From a virus (taxonomy: Duplodnaviria > Caudoviricetes), in IMG/VR virus record IMGVR_UViG_3300048516_000008, positions 1 through 41,418 of that record: 41,418 nucleotides of DNA; one strand, 5' to 3'. The translations under genes and the position numbers were made by a program. This document shows, piece after piece, positions 29,942 through 39,143 of this stretch (positions are counted from its first letter, which is position 1; every line of letters starts with the position of its first letter). A model generated the notes under the pieces. It did not search any database. It was given only the letters and a program-made list of their open reading frames with translations, and was not told the DNA's origin.

Positions 29942-29951
29942 AAATTGTCTT

Positions 29952-30320
29952 TTAGCCTTCGCTTTCGGCAGACGCAATCGCTAGTATTAAAGCACTCAGC
30001 AAACTGTCGATCTCATCCCCGTCTTCTATGGTGTGATACCGAGCCTCTAATTTGTTGATCGCCGTCTGTAATTTTGATGTAACATTACCCTGCGAGAATA
30101 GAGTATAAACCACTTCAGCCCTATCTATCGGAGTAAATGGTTTATTCGGATTCGCGACAGCAGCCGCGATAAAATGGTCGGGATTCCTCAGACAATCCTC
30201 AACCCAAAGCCCAAACAGATTGATAAACCGAGAAATACGGGCGATCGAGCCGTTATTTTCCTCAAATTCGGTAATCGCCTTAGTTAGCTCAGGGCTCGTG
30301 AAATCGGTTAAACTAATCAT
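29952..30320 (-). CDS. Hypothetical protein
   Basis: Start moved to ATG 30320, downstream of a TGCTATACTATAATAAC promoter of the early type. Confidence 0.6.
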   Translation of the reverse strand: MISLTDFTSPELTKAITEFEENNGSIARISRFINLFGLWVEDCLRNPDHFIAAAVANPNKPFTPIDRAEVVYTLFSQGNVTSKLQTAINKLEARYHTIEDGDEIDSLLSALILAIASAESEG

Positions 30321-30385
30321 AATTTCCGGTTGTTTGGTGTTATTATAGTATAGCATAGTAATAACATAATCGGAGAAAAAAATAA

Positions 30386-30721
30386 ATGAGTTTTCAAGGA
30401 TCGGAAATAGTGTATCCACCGTTACCATGCGTTACCAGAGATTGTAGCATTTGCGGTTTTATGTTCTCAAACAATGACAGCCGGACGGCATACTGGAATT
30501 GGTGCGATGAGTGCTTTCTGAATGCACCTTTAAATGTACGCCACAAGGCCTGCACGGCTGAAGAGTTAGCAGCGAGTCTATCTCTGCAAAAGAAGACAAG
30601 GGAATCGCTAAAACAGCGGGCGATCAACAAAAAAAACCGAGTAGGGAAAACTACCAATTCTAAAGCTAAGAAAAAAGAAGACGACGATCTAGATATGGAC
30701 TTAATCTACAACCAATATTAG
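30386..30721 (+). CDS. Small Zn-finger protein
   Basis: CSIC..WCDEC, basic C-terminus. Confidence 0.55.
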   Translation: MSFQGSEIVYPPLPCVTRDCSICGFMFSNNDSRTAYWNWCDECFLNAPLNVRHKACTAEELAASLSLQKKTRESLKQRAINKKNRVGKTTNSKAKKKEDDDLDMDLIYNQY

Positions 30722-30756
30722 GCTAAGATATTAGGGAACCTTAGCGCGATCGCCCC

Positions 30757-31383
30757 ATGTCACTAGCTAGCCTAAAACTCCCAAAGGGTGCATTGATTCT
30801 CAACTACGACAAACCAGCGCAACATTACTATGATTATGAATTAGCCCCGCGGGATGTATTATCAAAACTTGCTTTTTTGGGTGCTATTTCAACTGTAGAA
30901 ATAGACGGCAAAATATTGCCCACAACGGCGGAAAATTTACAACGCGCGGGGATAGGACGCAAATCATTAGGCGACGGGGTAGAGATGACCGGGTTAATGG
31001 GATGCGTCCTACTCTGTGATGGCGATCGGTTTAAAATATTAGATAACTCATTAGACATTGTAAATTCTCAGCACTTCACTTTTGATGAAATAGATATCAC
31101 TTTTGAAAACAGCGATAACGATATTTTCCAGAATACTTTATGGGCAAAAAATGTAGAAGAGTCCGGGCGCTTGTTAGCTCACGTCAAAGATATTACCAGT
31201 TATTGTAAGATTAACGGACAGCCTGTATTGAATCAACATTTTGAGCTACCAGTTACCGAGGGTGGGATAGGCTGGCTATTGGCTGCAATTTTGCTTAAGG
31301 TAAGCATTAATCAGGGAAAGTTCGAGTTATCGATCCCAGAACCATTATTATCCTCTCCAAATGGTGCGGTTACGATTTCTTAG
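30757..31383 (+). CDS. Tail assembly chaperone (G-like); -1 frameshift product extends to 31487
   Basis: Upstream of the tape measure gene; in-frame G GGA AAG at 31314-31320; -1 frame open until TAA 31485-31487. Confidence 0.75.
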   Translation: MSLASLKLPKGALILNYDKPAQHYYDYELAPRDVLSKLAFLGAISTVEIDGKILPTTAENLQRAGIGRKSLGDGVEMTGLMGCVLLCDGDRFKILDNSLDIVNSQHFTFDEIDITFENSDNDIFQNTLWAKNVEESGRLLAHVKDITSYCKINGQPVLNQHFELPVTEGGIGWLLAAILLKVSINQGKFELSIPEPLLSSPNGAVTIS

Positions 31384-31509
31384 CGCAAATATCCCCGTTA
31401 CCTCGGAAGACTCAAGAATTATTTATACTTGAGGCGATCGCACTGATGGAAGATGAAGCAAACGAACTAAGACGACGGCAGAAATAATTCCCAATATTGG
31501 GATTAATTA

Positions 31510-33117
31510 ATGGGCATCATAAAGTTAGGAGTACAGGCGGATCTGACTGATAACGTAACACCCGGATTACAAAAATTAGCAAGTTCTGGGGCTGATGAAT
31601 TAAAGCGGATTAGCGATGCTCAAAGAGCGATGAATGAGGTCGTAGGAGGCGCGCAAACGTACATTACAGAGCCGTTAGTTGCGCTCGGTGCTGTGGCGTT
31701 TGATGCCTCAACAAAATTCGAGACAAGCATCACAAGTATCAATAAAATCCTCGATTTGACCCCCGACAAACTGGCAGCAATGAAAGGGGAAATATTAGAT
31801 TTATCTAATACTTTAAAAGTAGTTGATCCTAATAAAATCGCCGCGCTTGCTGCTGCTGCTGCACAATACGGGATAGCTTCTGATGAGGTTATAAAGTTCA
31901 CAGAAACAGTCGGAAAGATGGCGTTTGCCTTTGATTTGCCAGCCGATGAAGCGGGGGAAAGTGCGGCGAAAATCAGAAATATTTTCAAACTTTCGGTCGA
32001 TGAAATGAACGATTTGGGAGGAACGATAAATGAGTTGTCAAACAATATGGCAGCCAGCGCAAAAGAAATAACTAAAGTGTTACCGCGTGTTTCTGGTTTA
32101 GCGGCACAAGCCGGGTTAACCTATCGAGAAACTGCGGCACTGTCCGGCGCTATTCTTTCACTGGGAATTGTACCCGCTAAGGCAGGAACTGGGCTTAATT
32201 TTCTAATTGGATCAATGAATGCTGCAACTGTTGGATCTGCTAGATTTAAACGCGGGATCGCAATGGTCGGTTATTCGGCTAGAGAGATGGAGGAAGATAT
32301 CAGGTCGCGCGGGTCGGCAGCTATTACGGACTTTTTGACTAAGATAAACTCGCTTGATGCTACTACCCGATCGCGCGCTATTGCCTTAATAGGTGGTAGA
32401 GAATACTCAGACGATTTAGGGATGATGTCTACTAATGTTGAGTTACTGCAACGCGCTTTAAACCTTGCTAATGACGAACAGAGGACAGCAACATCATTGC
32501 AGCGTGAATTTGACATCCAAACAAATACAACAGCATCAGAAGTTGCGCGGATGGGCGTTAGTATGAATAAGCTGGCGATCGTGGTTGGTGATGCCTTGCT
32601 ACCACCAATTAACGCATTACTGGATAAGATGATCCCGCTAATCCAAAAAACAGCGGACTGGGCTAAAGAAAATCCCAAAGTTGTGAAGAGTATTGTATAC
32701 GTAGGGGCGGCGCTTGCTGCGATCGCCCCTACAGTCCTATTCTTTTCAGCTATAACTGGCATTGTGAGCGCTGCGGGGTTAGCTTTCTCTGTGTTTGGTG
32801 GCGGCGCTACAACAGCGCTTTTAGCCGTAGCTGCGGCGGGCGCGATCGCGGTGGCAACAATCCGACCGTTGCGTGAAGGTTTTATGAGTGCGATCGGCGT
32901 ACTGCCATCTATGCCGACGGCTAGCTCTTCTAATTTATTTGGTTCCTCTGGCAGTGGCGGTAGCCAACAGCAAGCGATTACCTATTCCCCTACTGTGAAT
33001 GTTAGCGGTACAGCCTCCAAAGATGACATCATAGACACCCTCAGAGAGCGTCAACGCGACTTTGAATCGTTCATCAAGGAAACACTATCAAAGTACGGTC
33101 GCACGTCCTACGGCTGA
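31510..33117 (+). CDS. Tail tape measure protein (TP901-type core)
   Basis: FETSITSINK..INELSNNMAASAKEI..AGTGL..VGDALLP..WAKENP; Ala-rich hydrophobic C-terminal part. Confidence 0.9.
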   Translation: MGIIKLGVQADLTDNVTPGLQKLASSGADELKRISDAQRAMNEVVGGAQTYITEPLVALGAVAFDASTKFETSITSINKILDLTPDKLAAMKGEILDLSNTLKVVDPNKIAALAAAAAQYGIASDEVIKFTETVGKMAFAFDLPADEAGESAAKIRNIFKLSVDEMNDLGGTINELSNNMAASAKEITKVLPRVSGLAAQAGLTYRETAALSGAILSLGIVPAKAGTGLNFLIGSMNAATVGSARFKRGIAMVGYSAREMEEDIRSRGSAAITDFLTKINSLDATTRSRAIALIGGREYSDDLGMMSTNVELLQRALNLANDEQRTATSLQREFDIQTNTTASEVARMGVSMNKLAIVVGDALLPPINALLDKMIPLIQKTADWAKENPKVVKSIVYVGAALAAIAPTVLFFSAITGIVSAAGLAFSVFGGGATTALLAVAAAGAIAVATIRPLREGFMSAIGVLPSMPTASSSNLFGSSGSGGSQQQAITYSPTVNVSGTASKDDIIDTLRERQRDFESFIKETLSKYGRTSYG

Positions 33118-33124
33118 TTTTAGA

Positions 33125-34115
33125 GCAATTACGGGAATCCCCGTAATTACTTTAAGGGTGTCGGTTGAATCTACCCCCTTAAAGTAACTATCGGGATGCC
33201 GATAGTTACCTTTAGGCAATTACGCAAATTTGCGTAATTGCTTTAAAGGTGTTTGTTAGTAACAAACACCTTAAAGTAACTATGCAGATTCGCATAGTTA
33301 CTTTAAGGCAATTATGGGAATCCCCATAATTGCTTGACCTGCTACCGGAAAATCGGTAGCAGCCTCAAAGTTAGGTGCGGGTTTTTCATTGGGCGCGATC
33401 GGGGGATGAGTTCGCTAATAACGAAGTCATGAAGTGAACCCCATACAACCCGCCCGGCGTAATAGTTTCAGCTTTTTTTCGGTTTTTCTTGTGAACTCTT
33501 TAAACGCGATCGCCCGTGGTATCGGTAGTAGCGATGTCATCGCCTGAAAGCCTTACTGTGTTTGGTTCATCGGTTAAACCGATGATGCTGTCATTAGCAA
33601 TGACCCCCTTAAAGTAATTACGGGAATCCCCGTAGTTACTTGACCTGATGACGGAAAATCGTCACCAGGTCAACCGAACGGTTCGCAATCCTTGCACAGT
33701 ATAGGTTTTGTCTATTCCTGTCTCTATTTCCCGAACCCCATACAACCCGCCGTTATCGTGATCCCGATAACGGCTTTAAGGGTGTCATCAGTAATGACCC
33801 CCTTACAGTAACTACCGGAATCCCGGTAGTTACTTTAGCTTAAGCCCGATCGCCCGATAGTGTCGGTAGTAGCGATGCAACACCATGCAACCCGCCCGGC
33901 GCAAAGGTTATATCGTATTTTTCCCCGGTCTCTGCAACACCCCGTTATCGTGATCCCGATAACGGGGTGTCATCAGCAATGACCCCCTTAAAGTAACTAT
34001 TGGATTCCCAATAGTTACCTCAGCTTAAGCGCGATCGGTCTATCGGAATCCCGATAGACTCCCTAAGCGCGATCGCCCCATAAAAAAGATGGATTCGTTA
34101 TTAACGAATCCATCT
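33125..34115. repeat. Non-coding array of ~23 variant palindromes plus three 57-bp-period direct-repeat units
   Basis: About 13 units of the type G(C/T)AA(C/T)T-[5-4-5 palindrome]-A(A/G)TT(A/G)C or with other arms, and about 10 GGTGTC..GACCCC-like units. No ORF of 60 aa or more inside. Confidence 0.9.
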
Positions 34116-34146
34116 CCTAAGCCACAGTTAATCCCAGTATTGGGAA

Positions 34147-34941
34147 TTACATCAAATCTCGAACAGTCTCAACCATCGACTCTACCCATTTTGTGTGTTG
34201 GTAGCTGGTATTGTCTTCCTTGCGTCCGGTGGCGATCGTATTGCAGGAATACGGTTTGCCTTTCTCTGTGGGGAAATAGGCGGGTTCTGTTTTGCCTTTG
34301 TTAGGGTTCTTTATTTGGTAGCCATTAGCCGTCAGCAGCGCGTTAATTACCCGTGCTGAAGTGCCAAGCCGATCGCCGATCGCCGTGGGAGTTAGCAGTA
34401 TTTCTGCGATCGGGGTGTTGGCTGCGAGTAGCGAGTGCGCGGCATTGATACTTTGCTTTAGTTCGGGATGATATCGTTGGACTTCATTTAGCAGCATCCC
34501 ATCAACTAGCGGCGCTGGTACGCTAGACATCGCCGATCGCAGTAAGTCTAAATGCGCTGCGGTTAATGCGGGTTTCTCAGATTTGGGCGCGATCGAGACC
34601 GTCCCTTCAGTCATCAGGGTTTTAATTTGTTGAGATACCCAAACTCGGAATTTGACATTGCACCACGCCGCGAAGTCGATCGCCACTTCCTCAATTGCCC
34701 ACGTCCCCCGCTGTTCGTTAGTACCTTTAGACTCATTTGTCTCGATAATTTGGTCTACGGGAATCCCCGCAGACTTCCCAAACTCAGTCAGGAACTCGAT
34801 TGTAGTTGCTAATCGTAGGTAATCATTAACCCGCTTACCCGTCGCCTTAGCCATATCGGTTAGGCTAACCCACACCCGATCGCCCCGCATCTCAAACCGA
34901 ATATTCTTGCCAGCAAAGTCCAAAACTGTTAAACTAGACAT
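34147..34941 (-). CDS. KilA-N domain antirepressor-like protein
   Basis: FAGKNIRF..VWVSLTDMAKATGKRVNDYLRL..GIPV..GTWAIEEVAIDFAAWCNVKFRVWV; C-terminal LTPTAIG..SARVINALL..GYQ winged-helix. Confidence 0.9.
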   Translation of the reverse strand: MSSLTVLDFAGKNIRFEMRGDRVWVSLTDMAKATGKRVNDYLRLATTIEFLTEFGKSAGIPVDQIIETNESKGTNEQRGTWAIEEVAIDFAAWCNVKFRVWVSQQIKTLMTEGTVSIAPKSEKPALTAAHLDLLRSAMSSVPAPLVDGMLLNEVQRYHPELKQSINAAHSLLAANTPIAEILLTPTAIGDRLGTSARVINALLTANGYQIKNPNKGKTEPAYFPTEKGKPYSCNTIATGRKEDNTSYQHTKWVESMVETVRDLM

Positions 34942-35047
34942 AACTTACCTTGGTTGATTTATCCTTCAAATATATTATACCATAGGAAAACACAAAACCC
35001 GCAAACTTTTAAAAGAATTTGCGGGTTTTTTATTGGGCGCGATCGCC

Positions 35048-35067
35048 TGTGGATAACGTTATCCACA
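35048..35067. promoter_or_regulatory. Inverted pair of consensus DnaA boxes
   Basis: TGTGGATAA-CG-TTATCCACA; both halves match TTATCCACA perfectly. Confidence 0.6.
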
Positions 35068-35094
35068 GTTAATCCCACTGTTGGGAATTAAGCG

Positions 35095-35460
35095 CTAAGC
35101 ACGTTTGGGTTTAGGTTTGCCGACTTTGCGTTTGCCTGCGATCGCGGCGTACCCTGTGACTCCGATCGCCATTACCCGAATCCCAAAATTCATAAATCGT
35201 CTGCGAGTTTTGATATCGCTCCAAAGCCATTTACCGATAGATCCTTTATGAACCCAATCGTGAGCGATGCGACTAAGCGGTACACAGTCTCGGAGATATT
35301 TCTCGCTCCCCAGATTCTTGTACGTCAAATGATGCGCGTCATCAGCCGATAACCAGGGCAATAAAGAACAGCGATTGCCTGTCATTGTTCGGAAATTAGA
35401 GGATTTTTCTCGCCATTGAGGCGATCGAATATAAAATGAATACTCAGGGCTAAATCCCAT
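35095..35460 (-). CDS. HNH-like endonuclease
   Basis: YIRSPQWR..RC..AHHLTYKNLGSE..DCVPLSRIAHDWVH. Confidence 0.7.
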   Translation of the reverse strand: MGFSPEYSFYIRSPQWREKSSNFRTMTGNRCSLLPWLSADDAHHLTYKNLGSEKYLRDCVPLSRIAHDWVHKGSIGKWLWSDIKTRRRFMNFGIRVMAIGVTGYAAIAGKRKVGKPKPKRA

Positions 35461-35471
35461 TTTAGATACCT

Positions 35472-35978
35472 CTATTTCGTTGTTTTGAGCATAGCCTGAG
35501 CTTTTTTGGCTGCGGGCGATCGCTTGATTGTTGTCTTGATTGCTGAACTCGGAGGTATCAAAAACCTGGGATCTGCCTCCGAGACGGGTTCCCAGTTTGG
35601 GGTAATTGTGATGACAGAGACCGGGTGCGACAAATCAAAATATTTTGATCCAATTTGATTGACTTTTTTGATATTGTCACCGGACAAAATACCAGCCTGT
35701 ACTAAGGCATCAAGCCACGATCCCTCAGAATTGTCGAGATCGGCGTTTGTTCTCAGACACCCGTGAAATTCGATCTCTATTTTTACCGCACTTAGGGGGA
35801 AATGTCGGGTTATCATTGCAGGCAAAACCCCGATCGCGGCAATTAAAGCTTGCTTTGCTGTTTTTTGCCATGTTGAATAACCCTCTGAGTAATAAGCCCT
35901 ACCCTCTGCAATTCGTGGTCGTTGTTTGGGGATAACTTTTCCCCTAAGCGCAAGAACGATCGGACGTGAATTTGTCAT
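35472..35978 (-). CDS. rusA: RusA-family Holliday junction resolvase
   Basis: PKQRPR..Y..W, ADLDN, LDALVQAGILSGDN. Confidence 0.8.
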   Translation of the reverse strand: MTNSRPIVLALRGKVIPKQRPRIAEGRAYYSEGYSTWQKTAKQALIAAIGVLPAMITRHFPLSAVKIEIEFHGCLRTNADLDNSEGSWLDALVQAGILSGDNIKKVNQIGSKYFDLSHPVSVITITPNWEPVSEADPRFLIPPSSAIKTTIKRSPAAKKAQAMLKTTK

Positions 35979-35981
35979 GTT

Positions 35982-36266
35982 TTAACCTTTGCAGAGTTCG
36001 AGATCCGCCGCGTCTACCCGCACTACCAGAAAATTTGCTACCGATTTTTTAGAGAATTTAACAACAGTTTGCGTATCTGGTTTGCCTTTGCGATATCGCA
36101 TACAAGGGGAATCTAAATGAGTCACGAGACCGATATCTTCAGCCTCAAAATAATACGGTTGCGTGTGGAAATTCAGCACTTCGATTCTGTCCACATTAGG
36201 TCTGAGTTGCACAATGTCGCCACATTTTACAGAGTCCGTTGTCGCTTTGATTTTTGTCATAATCAC
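35982..36266 (-). CDS. Hypothetical protein
   Basis: 94-aa ORF co-oriented with and 3 bp from rusA. Confidence 0.55.
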   Translation of the reverse strand: MIMTKIKATTDSVKCGDIVQLRPNVDRIEVLNFHTQPYYFEAEDIGLVTHLDSPCMRYRKGKPDTQTVVKFSKKSVANFLVVRVDAADLELCKG

Positions 36267-36909
36267 GATCGCGGGGAATTAGAGAGTTTAGCAGGTGGTT
36301 TTAGCTCAGAGAGGAAGCGGATCGCCCCTATGTCTTTGCTCGGTCATTTAATTGTGGTTTTGATGTAGCAGCGCAAGGCTTAGCCTCTATTTCCATCCCG
36401 ATTTACACTGCTATTTGGCAATCTTGCGATCCCGTTGGGCTATGTGTTTACTATGCCATACCATCCTAGGGGATGTCAAGGGGTCTAGCAAAGTATTTTT
36501 AAATCTGTTTTGACATTGGGGTAAACCCGTTGCACTGTATAGGTTCTAGCCTGTCACAGAATGTCATATATTATAAAATATATCGTTTGTGCTGTGACTT
36601 TCCCCTATTCCGTGACGGGGCGATCGGCTGAGCATTGCGCGGATTTGCGTAATGGTCTTAAGGGCGATCGGCTGAGCATTACTCAGATCCGAGTAACGGA
36701 CTTAAGCGCGATCGCCCTCAGCCACCGACCCGTTTTGATATTGGGGTAAAACCGTTACAGCGTATAGGTTTAATACTGTCATAGAACGTCATATATATTA
36801 TAAAATAGTAGTATGTCCTGTGACTTTCTCCCATTGTGTGACGGCGGGTGACGGGGCGATCGGCGCGATATAATGAGGATTAATTATTCCCAACACTGGG
36901 ATCTAAAGT

Positions 36910-37848
36910 ATGCCAAGTTTAATCAGACTCAACTATCCCAGATTGATAGAGGATATTACCAAGCTTAGCTATAGCGACCCGCTAACCGGAGGATCGCCGG
37001 ATATCGAGTTGAGCGTCATCGACCGAGGCGTAATCCCGATCGCGCCTAAATCTACTATCGAGTTAGAGATAGGGCGGGTAGATTCGGTATATAGGCTTAG
37101 AGCGGGTTTATTTGAAGTCGATCGGATCAGCCTGCAAAATAATCTCAGAACGATCGCAGCGACCGGGTTGCCATTATCCGATCCTCAGTTGAAGTTAAAA
37201 CGGGATGCCGACTATGCAGAATATAAATTAATAGACATACTAGAAGAGATAGCAGAGCGCTATCGGTTATCAGTGTTTACCCTTGATTTACCTGATATAG
37301 AATTTTCACAAATAGCGCAAGTAAATCAGTCCGACCTTGATTTTCTAAACGGGTTAGCAAACAGGATCGGCGCTGTTTTCAAGATAGAGAATAGGGAGTT
37401 AATTTTTACATTGCTTATAGATTTAGAAACCCGATCGCCCTTATTCGCTATTAATTCAACACAATTTATCAATTACTCCGAAACAATTTTAGGCACGGAG
37501 AATTATCAATATATTGATTATGAGGTGGTGTTATTTGGAGATAGGGAATTTATCAGAGTTGAGGATAATCGGGTGTCTAATGGTAAAATAATCACTTATA
37601 GAGGTGCGGGTGTAGCTGCTGACGATGAGAACTTATTGATAATCGCAGCGCGCGAACAATTGCGACAAATTAACGGTGCCAACTATTTATTCGACTTTGA
37701 AATTCTGGGAGACTGGAGAATGATAGCAGGCAGTGTTTTTACGTTAGACGGGCGATCGGCTTTTGTCGATCGCGTTGTTCACACGATCGACACTCAAGGT
37801 ACACTCGATTGGGTTGCAGCGCTTAGCTGTCGCTACTTGCCCCCGTAA
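36910..37848 (+). CDS. Baseplate hub / late control D-like protein
   Basis: LSYSD..DIEL, GLFEVDRI, IAQVNQSDLDFLNGLA..G..FKI, GD..MIAG, V.RV.H. Confidence 0.85.
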   Translation: MPSLIRLNYPRLIEDITKLSYSDPLTGGSPDIELSVIDRGVIPIAPKSTIELEIGRVDSVYRLRAGLFEVDRISLQNNLRTIAATGLPLSDPQLKLKRDADYAEYKLIDILEEIAERYRLSVFTLDLPDIEFSQIAQVNQSDLDFLNGLANRIGAVFKIENRELIFTLLIDLETRSPLFAINSTQFINYSETILGTENYQYIDYEVVLFGDREFIRVEDNRVSNGKIITYRGAGVAADDENLLIIAAREQLRQINGANYLFDFEILGDWRMIAGSVFTLDGRSAFVDRVVHTIDTQGTLDWVAALSCRYLPP

Positions 37849-38104
37849 CTTCAGCCGGGCCCAAAAAAGCATCAACTAACTTTCTGGCTTGTCGCGGGTT
37901 GGCTCTGATTTTTTCCAAGACTTGCAGAGCTAACCCAAACCGCCTAACAGCATCAAAGACTTGCCTGAGTCCTAAAGAAGTATTTACTACCGTTTTGCCG
38001 TCTACTAATCGACTCCCCATCATTTCTGCCAACTCTAAATCACTTTTGCTAATAGTGCAGTTAACAGCAATCAGTCGGTCTTTTTCGGCTTTAAATTTTC
38101 CCAT
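37823..38104 (-). CDS. Small hypothetical protein, possibly ribbon-helix-helix
   Basis: VNCTISKSDLELAE..NTSLGLR pattern. Confidence 0.4.
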   Translation of the reverse strand: MGKFKAEKDRLIAVNCTISKSDLELAEMMGSRLVDGKTVVNTSLGLRQVFDAVRRFGLALQVLEKIRANPRQARKLVDAFLGPAEVTGASSDS

Positions 38105-38151
38105 GACTTTATTTTTTTAGTTTGTTCTTACACTATACCACAATACAAGCG

Positions 38152-38415
38152 ATGATGATGCAATTCGGGAAAATAAATGAGCCTATTTCAGCTTTCCAAG
38201 CTCAGCGTCAGATATTAACGCTTTGTTTAAATTCCCATCACTGGGAAATTCCCTTTAACTGGGATTTTGGGCGCGATCGCGACGCTGTAGATCCGGTAGA
38301 ACAAATTACCGCTATGATTGAGAGATACCTCGCATTCTCAATCGACAGTGTAGAGGTTGAGGGCGATCGGGTTAGTGTTTATTTAAAAGGTAAACGGATC
38401 GATGTCACAATCTGA
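38152..38415 (+). CDS. Baseplate wedge protein (gp25/gpW-like)
   Basis: EIPFNWDFG..IERY..IDSVEV; overlaps the baseplate J start. Confidence 0.6.
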   Translation: MMMQFGKINEPISAFQAQRQILTLCLNSHHWEIPFNWDFGRDRDAVDPVEQITAMIERYLAFSIDSVEVEGDRVSVYLKGKRIDVTI

Positions 38416-39100
38416 TTTAGACTTAGCTGCATTGCGAAACCGGATAGCTACAAAATGGCTAGAATTATCTGGACAGCCTTTGACGATCGGATCGTTAGAG
38501 TGGGCTTATAGAGAGGTTTTAGTATTAATTGCATCATGGGCAAAAATTGACACAGAGAATGCAATTAACGTCGCATACGGCAAGTATAAAACCGAGATAT
38601 ACAAACTCCCCTATGGCGCAGGAAATAAAGAGGCAATTATTGCTTTATCACGGGCATATACTGATGTCGCGGATGTGAATGTTGCTAACACGAACACTCC
38701 GATGAGTATACAGGTATTTCTATTAGCTAAAACGGGGACACCAAGCGCGGGTCAAATTGCCGGGTTACAGGCTTATTTGAATAGCCCCACAGTTAAAAAT
38801 ATCTGTGATACTTACACCGTATCCGCAGCAACTCAGGTCACATGGAATTTTGACGCAACTATTAGCGTAAGTGGCGACCCGATCGCCCTACGATCTCTGG
38901 CAATAACAGCAGTTAGTAATTACGCAAGCAATCAACTAAAGTTAGGTGCAACTATACGACCTAGCGATTTAACAGCAGCTATTCGCTCGATCGCGGGTAT
39001 TGATGACGTGGCAATTTCAGCACCTATATCTAATTTAATCACAGCAGCAAATCAATTCCCCAAAATAGGAACGGTCACGATCGCTACAACAATTATTTGA
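38402..39100 (+). CDS. Baseplate J-like protein
   Basis: GAGNKEA..VADVNV..GTPS..YLN..CDTYTV, LG..I..S.L...I..I.G. Confidence 0.85.
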   Translation: MSQSDLDLAALRNRIATKWLELSGQPLTIGSLEWAYREVLVLIASWAKIDTENAINVAYGKYKTEIYKLPYGAGNKEAIIALSRAYTDVADVNVANTNTPMSIQVFLLAKTGTPSAGQIAGLQAYLNSPTVKNICDTYTVSAATQVTWNFDATISVSGDPIALRSLAITAVSNYASNQLKLGATIRPSDLTAAIRSIAGIDDVAISAPISNLITAANQFPKIGTVTIATTII

Positions 39101-39143
39101 GGATTAATCCCAGTGTTGGGATTAATCTTTGCGGGCGATCGGC

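Noticed and set aside
1005-32762. Long antisense ORFs shadowing major genes (e.g. 1005-1481, 2694-3059, 18889-19548, 20933-21307, 31620-32045, 32271-32762)
   Set aside because: They largely or fully overlap well-supported genes on the opposite strand and have no recognisable motifs.
33125-34115. CRISPR array
   Set aside because: There is no constant repeat with unique 30-40-bp spacers; the variable parts are themselves palindromes. No cas genes are present.
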